From contig CAVOKF010000005.1 of assembly GCA_963696385.1 (NCBI GenBank), forward strand, positions 1,408,001 to 1,472,000: a stretch of DNA of 64,000 nucleotides, written 5' to 3'. Source of the DNA: an uncultured delta proteobacterium. GTDB taxonomy: Bacteria; Myxococcota_A; Polyangia; Polyangiales; Polyangiaceae. Below are positions 39,476 through 49,651 of the stretch, in pieces. The position numbers and the translations under genes are program-made. The notes below the pieces were generated by a model, which searched no databases, was not told the origin of the DNA, and worked only from the letters and a program-made list of their open reading frames with translations. The first letter of the stretch is position 1. Each line of letters starts with the position of its first letter.

Positions 39476-40768
39476 ATGTCCGTCACCCGAGACCCCATTT
39501 CGCGCGCGCTCTTCGAGCGGGCGCGAAAAGTCATCCCCGGCGGCGTCAACAGTCCCGTCCGCGCATTTGGAGCGGTCGGGGGCACGCCGATTTTCGTGTC
39601 GCGCGCCGAAGGCGCGCACCTCTATGGGGCCGATGGGCGGCGGTACATCGACTACGTCGGCTCATGGGGTCCGATGATTCTCGGTCATGCCAACGCCGCG
39701 GTGGTGGCCGCAGTCGCCGATGCGGCTTCGCGCGGGACGAGCTACGGCGCTCCGACGGAGCTCGAGGTGCGCTTTGCCGAGCGTATTTGCGCCATCTATC
39801 CGTCGATCGAAATGGTCCGCGCCGTTTCGAGTGGAACGGAGGCGACGATGAGTGCTGTTCGCGTCGCCAGGGGCTACTCGGGGCGCGATGTCGTGGTCAA
39901 GTTCGAAGGGTGCTACCACGGGCACGCCGACTTTCTCCTCGTGAAGGCCGGCAGCGGGGCGGCGACCTTCGGCGTTCCGGATTCGGCCGGGGTTCCCGCG
40001 GCGACCGCGGCGAACACGCTCACGCTGCCTTACAATGATCTGGCCGCGCTTCGCTCCTTGTTTGCGAATCGCGGCAAGGAAATCGCTGCGGTCATCGTGG
40101 AGCCGGTCGTCGGCAACATGGGCGTCGTACCGCCGGCCCCCGGCTTTCTCGAAGCGATCGTGAGCGAGTGCGCGCTCTACGGGGCCCTGTCGATCTTCGA
40201 TGAGGTCATGACAGGTTGTCGCGTGGCTCGCGGCGGAATGCAGCAGCGAGCGGGGTTACGACCGGACATGACCTGTCTCGGCAAGATCGTCGGGGGTGGT
40301 CTGCCACTCGCCGTCTACGGAGGCAAGCGCGCCGTCATGGAGCGAGTGGCCCCCCTGGGCCCGGTCTATCAGGCTGGCACCTTGAGTGGAAATCCCGTGG
40401 CTATGAGCGCGGGTCTGGCGACGCTGGATCAGTTGGACGACGACCTGTACGAGCGCCTCGAGGCGCTCGCCGCCCGGCTGGAGAGCGGCTTGAATCAGTC
40501 CATTGCGGCTCACGGCGTCAGCGCATGTGTGCAGCGTGTCGGATCGATGATCACCCTGTTCTTTGCCCACGGCCCCATCCGCTGTTGGGGACACGCCACT
40601 CTCTGCGACACGAAGGCTTTCGCACGTTGGCACCGTGCGATGCTCGATCATCTCGTCTACTGGCCTCCGTCCCAGTTCGAGGCCGCGTTCGTGAGCGCGG
40701 CGCACACCGATGCCCTGATCGACGAAACAATCCGGGTGTCCGACGAAGCGCTTTCGGGCTTCGAGTAA
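39476..40768 (+). CDS. hemL: Glutamate-1-semialdehyde 2,1-aminomutase
   Basis: PGGVNSPVRAF, SWGP, SGTEATM, DEVMTG, GKIVGGG, GTLSGNP, PSQFE. Confidence 0.97.
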   Translation: MSVTRDPISRALFERARKVIPGGVNSPVRAFGAVGGTPIFVSRAEGAHLYGADGRRYIDYVGSWGPMILGHANAAVVAAVADAASRGTSYGAPTELEVRFAERICAIYPSIEMVRAVSSGTEATMSAVRVARGYSGRDVVVKFEGCYHGHADFLLVKAGSGAATFGVPDSAGVPAATAANTLTLPYNDLAALRSLFANRGKEIAAVIVEPVVGNMGVVPPAPGFLEAIVSECALYGALSIFDEVMTGCRVARGGMQQRAGLRPDMTCLGKIVGGGLPLAVYGGKRAVMERVAPLGPVYQAGTLSGNPVAMSAGLATLDQLDDDLYERLEALAARLESGLNQSIAAHGVSACVQRVGSMITLFFAHGPIRCWGHATLCDTKAFARWHRAMLDHLVYWPPSQFEAAFVSAAHTDALIDETIRVSDEALSGFE

Positions 40769-40801
40769 TCGAGATTCCGGCGGCCGCGCCCTCGGGGCGC
40801 G

Positions 40802-41188
40802 CTACTGTAAAGCGGCGGGCGTGCGCTCTTCGTCCAGGACTGCGCTCACTCGGTTCTCCGGGTCGACGTGAACCACCCGCGGTTTGCGTACGGCGGCCTC
40901 GTCTTCCGTCATCCACCCATAGCTTGCGAGGATGACGAGATCGCCCGGCCTGACGAGATGCGCTGCGGCACCGTTGATGCCGACCTCACCCGAACCGCGT
41001 CGCCCGGCAATGACGTACGTCGAAAGTCTGGCGCCGTTCGTCACATCGTAGATGTCGATTTTTTCATTGGCGAGAAACCCAGCCGCGTCGACCAGATCGG
41101 CATCGATGGTGATAGAGCCCACATAGTTCAGGTCGGCGCGGGTAACCGTCGCCCGATGGATCTTTCCAAGCAAAAAATGCCGCAGCAT
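40802..41188 (-). CDS. panD: Aspartate 1-decarboxylase
   Basis: [16 protein letters not shown] (Gly-Ser cleavage site), TYVI, INGAAA. Confidence 0.97.
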   Translation of the reverse strand: MLRHFLLGKIHRATVTRADLNYVGSITIDADLVDAAGFLANEKIDIYDVTNGARLSTYVIAGRRGSGEVGINGAAAHLVRPGDLVILASYGWMTEDEAAVRKPRVVHVDPENRVSAVLDEERTPAALQ

Positions 41189-41334
41189 GTTCTCCTCGGT
41201 CGGGGCCACGAATGGGTCCCCGCCTGCCTTTGAAAATGAGGCCAGCCGGGTCGCAGGTCAATCCCGCAGCTTAGGAACCCATCCAGAACCCCGTCCCTTC
41301 GTCTCGGCCGCGCCGGTCGGTCGGGCTCGGTTCG

Positions 41335-43458
41335 TCAGGCGAGCCTTGAAAAGTCGGCAATTCTAAGCATCGACTGGGCGCCGAACGCCAGAGTTTCGAG
41401 ACGCTTGGGCGTGAACGGGTCGTTCGGATCGTTCACGAGCGTTTCCAGGAAGATGCGATCGAGCTCCGTGGCGACCCGTTCCATGCTCATGAGGGCTTCG
41501 CGCACAGCGTCCTCCGACGTGAGGGTCTGCGTCGCGGCGTCGAGGGCTTGAACCAGCTTCTGGATGGCCCGATCGTCGGCTTTCGGACTCCTCTCGAACG
41601 CAGCAAGCGGATGGAGTTGCGGCCGAGCTTCGCGACTGATTCCCCCGAGCCGTTTGGCGATCACCTTCGCCTTGTCGAGCCACGACTCCTTGGCGTCCAC
41701 GACGGATTGAAGCACGCGCGCCCGCGCTGCAGCGGCGACGACGTTTTGCAAAGCCGCGGGTCCGCTTCCCGCGAGCACCGCGTCGGCGACACTTCCGCTC
41801 GTAGAGCTGCCGAGGAGTCCTCGCAGGCGCTCGGTGGCGAACTCGTCGAGCTTCGCGATCGTCTCCTCTCGCGACAAGTCCAGAAGAGTGCCTCCGTAGC
41901 CGTCGTAGGCAAGGCCGACGACGGTCGAAAACGCAACCGCAGAGTAGCCACGATCGATGAGGGTGCGCAGCGCGCCGATGCATGCGCGTCGAAGCGCGAA
42001 CGGGTCTGCAGCACCGGTTGGAGCGAGGCCCACGGCAAAGCAACCAGCGAGGGTATCGAAGCGATCCGCGAGCGCGACCATGGCGGCGACGTCGTCCTGG
42101 GCCACGTCGTCTTGCGCGCCGACGGGCTTGTAATGGTCACGGATCGCGTCGGCCACGTCGCGATCCTCGCCCCGCGCCGCCGCGTAGGCGCGTCCCATGT
42201 CGCCTTGGAGCTCGGGAAACTCGCCGACCATGAGAGTCACGAGATCGCACTTGCAAAGCCGCGCTGCGCGATGGATTGCGCGACGCCGTGCGTCGTTGAC
42301 ATGGAGCGTATCGGCGAGCGCCTCCCCGATGCGAACGATGCGATCGACCTTGTCGCGGACGGTACCGAGCCGATGATGAAATACGATACCGCGCAGTTTC
42401 TCCAAGCGCGCGTCGAGCGGCGTCTTCTGGTCCTCCTCCCAGAAAAAGCGCGCGTCGGCCAGACGGGCGCGCATGACCCGATTCATTCCAGCGCCAATGA
42501 GATCGGGCCGATTGGCGGTATTCACGACGGCGAGGAAATGAGGCAGCAGTTCGTCGTCGCTCTTTTGTACGCAGAAGTATCTCTGATGTCCTCGCGCTAC
42601 GGCGCGAATGACGGCCGCCGGTAGCTCGAGCACGGCAGCGTCGAAAGAGCCGGTGATGACATGAGGCTCCTCGACGAGCGACGCGTTCTCGCCGACCAAC
42701 ATCGGCTCGGGGTCGTAGGCTCCCTGCAGGGCCCGAGCGGCAAGGTCGACGCGGTCCATCATCGTCCGGACGCGCTCGTCGCGATCGACCAAGACGTGAC
42801 GTTCGCGCAGTTGCGCCACGTAGGTCTCGGCGTTGGTCACGTCGAACGGGGTGGGTGCGAGGAACCGGTGCCCGCGCGACGTTCGGCCGCTCTTCGCGCC
42901 GGCAAACACCATGGGGACGACTTCGTCTCCGGCAAGAGCGACCAGCCACTGCACTGGACGCCCGAACGTCGCATCGAGGTCTCCCCATCGCATCGACTTT
43001 CGAAAGGGGATGGATCCACATACGGCCGTCAAGGCACCGCCCAGCAGATCCCTGGCGAGGCCACCTTTCTGGACGCGACGGCCCACGACATAGCGGCCCG
43101 GCCTCTGCTTGGGTCCGGCCGCTCTCTCCACGACGTCGAGCTCGGTCACGGCTACAGCGATTTTCGCTGCGAAGGCTTCGGCCGCTCGCGTGGGCCTACC
43201 GTCCTTGAACGCCGTCGCTTCGGGAGGCCCGACCACCTCCTCGTCGAGATCGAGCTGACGCGTTGCGACGTCTCGAACCAAAACCGCCAGCCGGCGCGGG
43301 GTGCCCAAGGCGTGCACGGTGCCGTGCGTGAGTCGGGCTTTGGCGAGCTCGTCCGCGGCAATTCGGGGAAGTGCGTCGAGTGCCCCGTCGACGAACGAGG
43401 ATGGGAGCTCTTCGACGCCGATTTCCAGCAGAAGAGGCAGAGCGAAAGGCTCGAGCAT
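41335..43458 (-). CDS. glyS: Glycine-tRNA ligase beta subunit
   Basis: LLEIGVEELP, TPRRL, KSMRWG, RLADARFF, EFPELQG, DPFALRR. Confidence 0.95.
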   Translation of the reverse strand: MLEPFALPLLLEIGVEELPSSFVDGALDALPRIAADELAKARLTHGTVHALGTPRRLAVLVRDVATRQLDLDEEVVGPPEATAFKDGRPTRAAEAFAAKIAVAVTELDVVERAAGPKQRPGRYVVGRRVQKGGLARDLLGGALTAVCGSIPFRKSMRWGDLDATFGRPVQWLVALAGDEVVPMVFAGAKSGRTSRGHRFLAPTPFDVTNAETYVAQLRERHVLVDRDERVRTMMDRVDLAARALQGAYDPEPMLVGENASLVEEPHVITGSFDAAVLELPAAVIRAVARGHQRYFCVQKSDDELLPHFLAVVNTANRPDLIGAGMNRVMRARLADARFFWEEDQKTPLDARLEKLRGIVFHHRLGTVRDKVDRIVRIGEALADTLHVNDARRRAIHRAARLCKCDLVTLMVGEFPELQGDMGRAYAAARGEDRDVADAIRDHYKPVGAQDDVAQDDVAAMVALADRFDTLAGCFAVGLAPTGAADPFALRRACIGALRTLIDRGYSAVAFSTVVGLAYDGYGGTLLDLSREETIAKLDEFATERLRGLLGSSTSGSVADAVLAGSGPAALQNVVAAAARARVLQSVVDAKESWLDKAKVIAKRLGGISREARPQLHPLAAFERSPKADDRAIQKLVQALDAATQTLTSEDAVREALMSMERVATELDRIFLETLVNDPNDPFTPKRLETLAFGAQSMLRIADFSRLA

Positions 43459-43486
43459 GAACGGAGCGGAACACTTAGTACAGTGC

Positions 43487-43690
43487 CCCGCTAAACGGTA
43501 CCCGAGCTGCGCTCGGTACGCCTAGCGTTGCAGGCGGGCGCTCTACTAAGACGGTTTCCCTGGAGCTTCTGGCCCGAGACCACCCATCGCCTCCCGGCGA
43601 CGGAAGGTCACCGCCCGGCTGATCCCGTTGTTCTGGGGCGGCGTACTTCAGTGCGGAAGCGATGCGAGGTCGAGGACCCGGGCGTGCGGG
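43487..43690 (-). ncRNA. ssrS: Candidate 6S RNA
   Basis: About 200-nt irregular hairpin: terminal CCCGC/GCGGG; 7-bp GTACGCC/GGCGTAC stem; symmetric 13/13-nt bubble (GCCCCAGAACAAC opposite GCCTGCAACGCTA); 6S-like GGGA...CAGAAGC...GCGCCCGCCT motifs. Confidence 0.6.
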
Positions 43691-43717
43691 CGGAGCGGTA
43701 GTAGCGTAGCTCGTGCG

Positions 43718-44506
43718 ATGCCCGGCCCGCCCCGATACGTCTTCGATCCCATCGGGATCGTGCGCTCGCCCTTCGTGGAGAGGGTTGCGGCACCGCGGCA
43801 GGCGGTCGTTGCGGCCGACGCGGTCGGTCGCATCGAGCTGTATCCCGGTCATGGATACGAGCACGCGCTCGAGGGGCTCGAACAGTGGCATCGGGCGTGG
43901 GTTGTCTTCGTGTTCCACAAGAACGTCGAACAAGGGCGGGGATGGCGACCGAAGGTGACGCCGCCGCGAAGCGAGCAGAGACAGGGCGTCTTCGCTACGC
44001 GATCGCCGCATCGACCCAACCCCATTGGTCTTAGCGCCGTGACCGTTGAGCGGGTCTCTGACCTCGTGGTTCACGTCCGCGGGATCGACATTCTCGACGG
44101 CACGCCGGTGCTCGATCTCAAGCCGTACGTGGCCTATGCCGATGCCCATCCCGATGGGCATGCGGGGTGGCTGGCTGCAGCGGATCCGGTAGCGCCTTGG
44201 CAAGTGACGTTCTCCCAGCACGCCCAAGCCCAGCTCGAGTGGCTGCGGCTCCACGACGTCGACTTGGCGCCCGCGATCCGGTCGACTCTTGCTCTCGGTC
44301 CGCAGCCGCACGCGTATCGACGCATCCGCAAGCGATGCGGCTCGATGACGTTGGCGATCAAAGATTGGCGGGTCGACTTCGCGATCGCGGGGCGGACCCT
44401 GTCGGTCGACGGATTGCGCACCGGGTATCGGGCGCGCGACCTCGCAGCCAACCCCACGCTCGAACTCCATAGAGCGTTCGTGGTGCAATTCCCATCGAGC
44501 GTTTGA
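43718..44506 (+). CDS. trmO: tRNA (N6-threonylcarbamoyladenosine-37) methyltransferase TrmO/TsaA
   Basis: IGIVRSPF, APRQ, GVFATRSPHRPNPIGLS, DGTPVLDLKPY. Confidence 0.93.
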   Translation: MPGPPRYVFDPIGIVRSPFVERVAAPRQAVVAADAVGRIELYPGHGYEHALEGLEQWHRAWVVFVFHKNVEQGRGWRPKVTPPRSEQRQGVFATRSPHRPNPIGLSAVTVERVSDLVVHVRGIDILDGTPVLDLKPYVAYADAHPDGHAGWLAAADPVAPWQVTFSQHAQAQLEWLRLHDVDLAPAIRSTLALGPQPHAYRRIRKRCGSMTLAIKDWRVDFAIAGRTLSVDGLRTGYRARDLAANPTLELHRAFVVQFPSSV

Positions 44507-44517
44507 GGTGCAGCACG

Positions 44518-45969
44518 TCAGTCGCCGAAAAGATCGAGCGTTCGCCGATCCGCGGACGCCCTTCGAGCGCGCTTCTCACCCCAATGCCTGAGGGCTTGAA
44601 TTTTTTCTTCATAAAGTGTGGCCAGCGGGATCAATTCGCGTGCGGCGGCACGCAGGTGATCGTGCGTGAGCGGCTTCCGTTCTGCGTACGCCCGAAAGAG
44701 TCCTCCGGTGACCATCTGCTCGATCTCGGCGCCGGACCAATGCTCGAGCGGGTGGGTTAGCTCTGCGACCGGGTAGGTCGCAGGATCGCGTCCCCGGCGC
44801 TTGAGGTGCACGGCGAGGATGAGAGCCCTCTCCTGAGGCGACGGCAGGTCGACGAAGAACACTTCGTCGAATCGGCCGCGCCGCGCCAGCTCCGGCGGAA
44901 GGCGGTCGACTTCATTGGCCGTTGCCGCCACGAACACAGGGGCCCGCCGCTCCTGGAGCCAGGTTAGAAAGGCTCCGAATACCCGTGCTTGCGCCGCGTC
45001 GCCGGACTGTCCACCCACGCCGCTCAGGCCCTTTTCGATCTCGTCGACCCACAGGACCACGGGGGCTACGGCTTCCACCGTGCGCGCCGCCTCATGGATC
45101 GCGTGCTCCGGTGAGGCCGCTGCGAACACCTCGGCAAAGTCGAGACGGACGAGGGGCAGCGAAAGAACGCGGGCCGTTGCTTTGCTCACGAGTGACTTGC
45201 CGCAACCCTGCACTCCGCTCACGAGCACTCCGCGCGGCTCAGCCAGGCCGAACGCTCGTGCGCCATCGTCGAACGCGAGGACGCGCGTTCGAAGCCAACC
45301 CTTGAGGACATCGAGCCCCCCGATGTCCTCCAGCGACACCTCCGCATCCACCAGTTCGAGACACGCGCTTCTACGCAGCGCGCCACGCTTTTCGGCGATC
45401 ACGTGGCGTAGGGCGTCGGCGCTGTCGTCCTGTGCGAGCGACCGAGCGAAGCGGAACGCGCGGCGTGCCTCGTCGAGGGTCAAGCCGAGGGCCGCGCGAA
45501 CGAGCGCGTCGCGGAAAGCGACGGGCGGCTGGTTCTCGGCATCGAACGCCGCCGAGAGCGCCTCGACGTCCGGAAGGGGTAACGTCAGGATGCGCACATC
45601 GCGATCGAGTTCCGGCGGTAAGCTCGCCATCGGCATCACGAGCACCAGCGGCAGCGGGCGGCGCGTGGCGGCGGCATCGCGCAAGGCGCGCACCACCCGA
45701 GCCTCTCTCAGCCATGGATGGAAATCGAGCATGACCCACACGATGTCCGGGTCGCCCGACCGCGCAGCCTGTTCGAGAGCGGCGATGGGGTCGCGCGCTT
45801 CGGGGTCGTGATCGAAGCCTCGGGTGGCGGTCCACTCGACGACTCGCTTCGCCCGGAAAGCGTGACCGACGAGCGTGATCGCTCGACGCTCTTCGTGGGT
45901 CACGACGCAAACGATGGGAGTCGTCGCGATCGCAGCCGCTCGCAAATCGCGCAGGAACGACGTTTCCAT
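44518..45969 (-). CDS. AAA+ ATPase, Ycf46-like
   Basis: [24 protein letters not shown], Walker [34 protein letters not shown]. Confidence 0.88.
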   Translation of the reverse strand: METSFLRDLRAAAIATTPIVCVVTHEERRAITLVGHAFRAKRVVEWTATRGFDHDPEARDPIAALEQAARSGDPDIVWVMLDFHPWLREARVVRALRDAAATRRPLPLVLVMPMASLPPELDRDVRILTLPLPDVEALSAAFDAENQPPVAFRDALVRAALGLTLDEARRAFRFARSLAQDDSADALRHVIAEKRGALRRSACLELVDAEVSLEDIGGLDVLKGWLRTRVLAFDDGARAFGLAEPRGVLVSGVQGCGKSLVSKATARVLSLPLVRLDFAEVFAAASPEHAIHEAARTVEAVAPVVLWVDEIEKGLSGVGGQSGDAAQARVFGAFLTWLQERRAPVFVAATANEVDRLPPELARRGRFDEVFFVDLPSPQERALILAVHLKRRGRDPATYPVAELTHPLEHWSGAEIEQMVTGGLFRAYAERKPLTHDHLRAAARELIPLATLYEEKIQALRHWGEKRARRASADRRTLDLFGD

Positions 45970-47811
45970 TCATGCCTCCGTCGTGACGCGCAGGACTTCT
46001 TCGAAGCTTGTCATTCCTTTCGCGAGCTTTTTGATGGCGGCCTCGCGCAGCGTTAGAAGGCCATCGCGGCGGGCCTGCTTCAAAATCTCCGCGGAGCTCG
46101 ATTTGCCCGCGATGAGCTTTCGGATCTTGTCGTCGACCTCGAGAACTTCGAAGAGGCCGGTGCGCCCGTACAATCCGGTTGAACGGCACGAAACGCATCC
46201 CTCACCCAAGGCGACCATCAGCTCGGGCTCCTGACCCTGAGCGCGAAGTTCGTCCATGTTTAAGCCAAGGAGCCCCATTTGATCGGCGGTCAAGAACGTC
46301 TCGACGCGACACGACGGGCACACCATCCGTACGAGGCGCTGGGCGATGACGCCGACCAACGTCGACGAAAGAACGAATGGGTCCACCCCGAGCTCCAGAA
46401 GTCGGGTCACCGCGCTCGACGCGTCGTTCGTGTGCAACGTGGCGAGCACCATGTGCCCCGTCAATGCCGCCTGAAGCGCAATCTCGGCCGTCTCGCCATC
46501 ACGCACCTCCCCGACCATGATGATATCCGGGTCCTGACGCAAGACATGCCGGAGCGCTTCGGCGAACCCGAACCCGATCTTTGGTTGGACGGAGACTTGA
46601 TTGAATGCGTCGACTACGATTTCGATGGGGTCCTCGATCGTCACGACGTTGACGTCGGGCGTCGCTATCGACCGGAGGGCTGCGTAGAGCGTTGTCGTTT
46701 TGCCGCTGCCCGTCGGGCCGGTCACCAGAAGCAGGCCATAGGGTCGCGCGAGAAATTTTTCGGCGATCTGGAGCTGGGTGTCGAACAGCCCGAGCTCGGG
46801 CACATCGCGCAAGAGCGCGCTCGGGTCGAAGATACGAAGGACCAATTTTTCGCCAAACGCCACCGCAATGGTCGAAACGCGCATCTCGACCTCGCGGTCG
46901 CCCCGCGCGGTCTTGATCCGTCCGTCCTGTGGCCGACGCTTTTCGGCGATGTCGAGACGAGCGAGAGTCTTGATGCGCGACACGACCGCCGGGTGGACCG
47001 CCTTCGGCAACGTGTGAACGTTATGAAGGACACCGTCTATCCGCATCCGTACGGCCGAATGCTCGCGGCGCGGTTCGACGTGGACGTCGCTTGCGCGCTG
47101 GTCGAGCGCATAGTGCAACAAGTACTCCACTGCGGCGACGACGTGGCTGTCGGTTGCCTCGATCTCGTCGACGCGCTTGAGTTTCACGTAGCGCTCGAGG
47201 TTGCCGATGTCGACGCCGGTGGTGGCTTGTTGCTCTGCCGCGTCGACCGCGCCGCGGAAACCGTAAAAGTCCGTGATGAGCCGCTGAATGTCGCTGGGGG
47301 TGGAGACGACAAGTCGCGGCTCCCTCCTCACGTGCGCCTCCAACGCCTGGACCAGCGCGTGGTCGAGAGGGTCGCCGACCGCGACCGTGACGGTCCGATC
47401 GTCGGCGGCGACGACCAGCGCGCCGTGCCGACGCGCGAACGGCCGCGAAAGAAGCTGCGGTGCAAGCTTCGCATCAATCTTGAGAGGATCGAGGTCGATG
47501 AAGGGCAAGCCGACGTGGTGGGCGAGCGCCTGCATCACGGCACGTTCCACGAGAGGAAACCGTGCGTCGCCGGCCTGGCCGAGGCCCATCGCAGCGATGA
47601 CTTCGGCGGGGTGCACGTGTTCGCCGCCGCCCCCGCCGGCCCGCCTGCGCGTCCCCGTCGTGCGCGATCGGATCAGTCGCGCATGCATGGTGTCACCTCG
47701 AGCAATCGCGTCCCGGCGCTGAGCCTCCGTCAATAGACCGGCTTGCACGAGCAAGCCGCAGAGGTAATCGAGGGTCAGGACCGCGCTGGCCGCGGGGGCT
47801 TTGGGGGACAT
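45970..47811 (-). CDS. GspE/PulE/PilB-family secretion ATPase
   Basis: ASDVHVEP, RIDGVL, RRPQDGR, GPTGSGKTTTLY, TIEDPIE, LRQDPD, CPSC...CVSC. Confidence 0.95.
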   Translation of the reverse strand: MSPKAPAASAVLTLDYLCGLLVQAGLLTEAQRRDAIARGDTMHARLIRSRTTGTRRRAGGGGGEHVHPAEVIAAMGLGQAGDARFPLVERAVMQALAHHVGLPFIDLDPLKIDAKLAPQLLSRPFARRHGALVVAADDRTVTVAVGDPLDHALVQALEAHVRREPRLVVSTPSDIQRLITDFYGFRGAVDAAEQQATTGVDIGNLERYVKLKRVDEIEATDSHVVAAVEYLLHYALDQRASDVHVEPRREHSAVRMRIDGVLHNVHTLPKAVHPAVVSRIKTLARLDIAEKRRPQDGRIKTARGDREVEMRVSTIAVAFGEKLVLRIFDPSALLRDVPELGLFDTQLQIAEKFLARPYGLLLVTGPTGSGKTTTLYAALRSIATPDVNVVTIEDPIEIVVDAFNQVSVQPKIGFGFAEALRHVLRQDPDIIMVGEVRDGETAEIALQAALTGHMVLATLHTNDASSAVTRLLELGVDPFVLSSTLVGVIAQRLVRMVCPSCRVETFLTADQMGLLGLNMDELRAQGQEPELMVALGEGCVSCRSTGLYGRTGLFEVLEVDDKIRKLIAGKSSSAEILKQARRDGLLTLREAAIKKLAKGMTSFEEVLRVTTEA

Positions 47812-47886
47812 GGGTACGTTACGCGTTCAGCGTACACTGACGTCGAGGTCGACGGTTGCGGTCGCCGCGCTACTCTGGCGGCTACC

Positions 47887-49296
47887 ATGACCCCGCCCTC
47901 CATCGACGCCGAGCTCGCCGAGCTGCTCCGTCTCGGTGATCGCATCGTCCGTCTTGCTCGGGAGCGCGGGGGGGCGGATCTGATCGCCGAATGCGTCCTC
48001 CGCTCGGGCGCCGAGCTTTCTGCGCGCGTGCGGAAAGGTCAGCCCGAGCTCGTGGAGGAGGCGGGGACGCGTTCCGCTGGACTCCGGGTCATCCAGGACC
48101 AGCGGGTCGCGACGACGTCCACGAGCGATCTCACGGAGGCGGGCATTCATCGTTTCGTGTCCGATGCCGTGGAGCTCGTGGGCTTGTCCCAACACGATCC
48201 GTTCGCCGGACCGGCGGATCCGAAGCTATTGTGCGACCCGGCCGCCATGCCGGATCTGCAGCTGTACGATCCCGCCGGGGGCGGCGTCGATGCGGCTCAG
48301 GCGATTGCGATGGCGGGCGAAGGCGAGGCGGCGGCGTTCGCGTTCGACGCGCGCATCACCAACAGTGAGGGGGCCACGTTCGGGCGTACCGCCGGCGGCG
48401 CAGCCGTCGTTCTTTCGAGCGGCTTTCGCGCGAGCAACAAGGGATCGTATCAATCGCTGAGCGTCGTGCCGGTAGCCGCGGACGAAGGCGGCAAGAACCG
48501 ACGTGGCCACCATTGGACGGGGCGTCGCCACCTTGCGGAGCTGGACTCGCCCGTTTCCGTCGGTCGCGAGGCGGCGCGGCGCACTCTCCGAAAGCTTGGC
48601 GCTCGCACGGTGCCGACGTGCGAAGTCCCCGTGGTCTTCGATCCGGACGCGGCGCGTAGCATCCTCGGGATGCTGGCCGGGTGCGTGATGGGCGGTGCGA
48701 TATGGCGGAAATCAAGCTACCTGGTCGACCGAGAGGGAACGCGAGTCGCCAGCGATCTGGTGACCGTCATCGACGACCCGCTGATCCCGCGTGCACCCGG
48801 ATCGCGTCCGTTCGATGGAGAGGGGCTTGCCAGCCGCCGAAACGTCGTGATCGACCGAGGGGTGCTTCGCATGTACCTCTGCGACAGCTATTCAGCGCGT
48901 AAGCTCGGGCGCACGAGCACGGCAAGTGCCTCCCGAGGGGGTGGCGCTTCGGTTGGCGCGAGCACGTCGAATTTCATTCTCCAACCTGGGACCGACTCGA
49001 ACGATGCCATCGTCCGCGGTACCCCGCGCGGTCTCTATGTGACCGAAATGATGGGGTTCGGGTTCAACGCGGTAACTGGAGACTTCTCGCGAGGGGCGAC
49101 CGGGTTTTGGATCGACAAGGGTGAGTTGTCGTATCCCGTCGGTGAAGTCACGATCTCGTTGAACGTCGACGCTCTTTGGCAAAGTGTCGACGCGGTTGGC
49201 AACGATCTCGATTCTCGCACAGCCACGGCCGCGCCGACGATTCGCGTTGCGCGAATGACCGTCGCGGGCGGCGACGTGGACGTAGCATCCCGATGA
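47887..49296 (+). CDS. pmbA: TldD/PmbA-family protein, PmbA type
   Basis: ITNSEGA, SRPFDGEG, GFNAVTGDFSRG; no HExxxH motif. Confidence 0.9.
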   Translation: MTPPSIDAELAELLRLGDRIVRLARERGGADLIAECVLRSGAELSARVRKGQPELVEEAGTRSAGLRVIQDQRVATTSTSDLTEAGIHRFVSDAVELVGLSQHDPFAGPADPKLLCDPAAMPDLQLYDPAGGGVDAAQAIAMAGEGEAAAFAFDARITNSEGATFGRTAGGAAVVLSSGFRASNKGSYQSLSVVPVAADEGGKNRRGHHWTGRRHLAELDSPVSVGREAARRTLRKLGARTVPTCEVPVVFDPDAARSILGMLAGCVMGGAIWRKSSYLVDREGTRVASDLVTVIDDPLIPRAPGSRPFDGEGLASRRNVVIDRGVLRMYLCDSYSARKLGRTSTASASRGGGASVGASTSNFILQPGTDSNDAIVRGTPRGLYVTEMMGFGFNAVTGDFSRGATGFWIDKGELSYPVGEVTISLNVDALWQSVDAVGNDLDSRTATAAPTIRVARMTVAGGDVDVASR

Positions 49297-49622
49297 CCCC
49301 GGACGACCTCAAGGCCCTCCGCAGGGAGCTGGCGTGTACCGCGAAGGAGCTCGCTGGAGCCCTTGGAGTCGACCAGGCAACGGTGCTGGCTTGGGAGAGG
49401 GCAGAGCGCTTCCCAACGAAAGCCTACATCGAGCGGATGATGGTCATCCGCGCCGGGGGCCCGGGCGCCGTTCCACGTAAATCGAAGGCCGGGGCTGATT
49501 CCGTCCACGCACTCGCCGACCCGGTCGTCTGGGAGATCCTCCGGAAGCTCGTGGCACACAAGAAGTTGCGCGACGAGGTCTCGAAGCTCGCCGAGCCGTA
49601 TTCGGACCCTGCAAAGGATTGA
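49293..49622 (+). CDS. XRE/Cro-family HTH protein
   Basis: LKALRRELACTAKELAGALGVDQATVLAWE; ATGA overlap with pmbA. Confidence 0.85.
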   Translation: MTPDDLKALRRELACTAKELAGALGVDQATVLAWERAERFPTKAYIERMMVIRAGGPGAVPRKSKAGADSVHALADPVVWEILRKLVAHKKLRDEVSKLAEPYSDPAKD

Positions 49623-49651
49623 CGGTCGCTGGGCCCTCGCGACCCCGCGAG

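Noticed and set aside
43460..43717. T-box, glycine or Moco riboswitch upstream of glyS/trmO
   Set aside because: Only fragmentary matches (GGGTGGTCTC; GCCTCCC...GGAAGG) with no full consensus or terminator; the rod with a central bubble fits 6S better.
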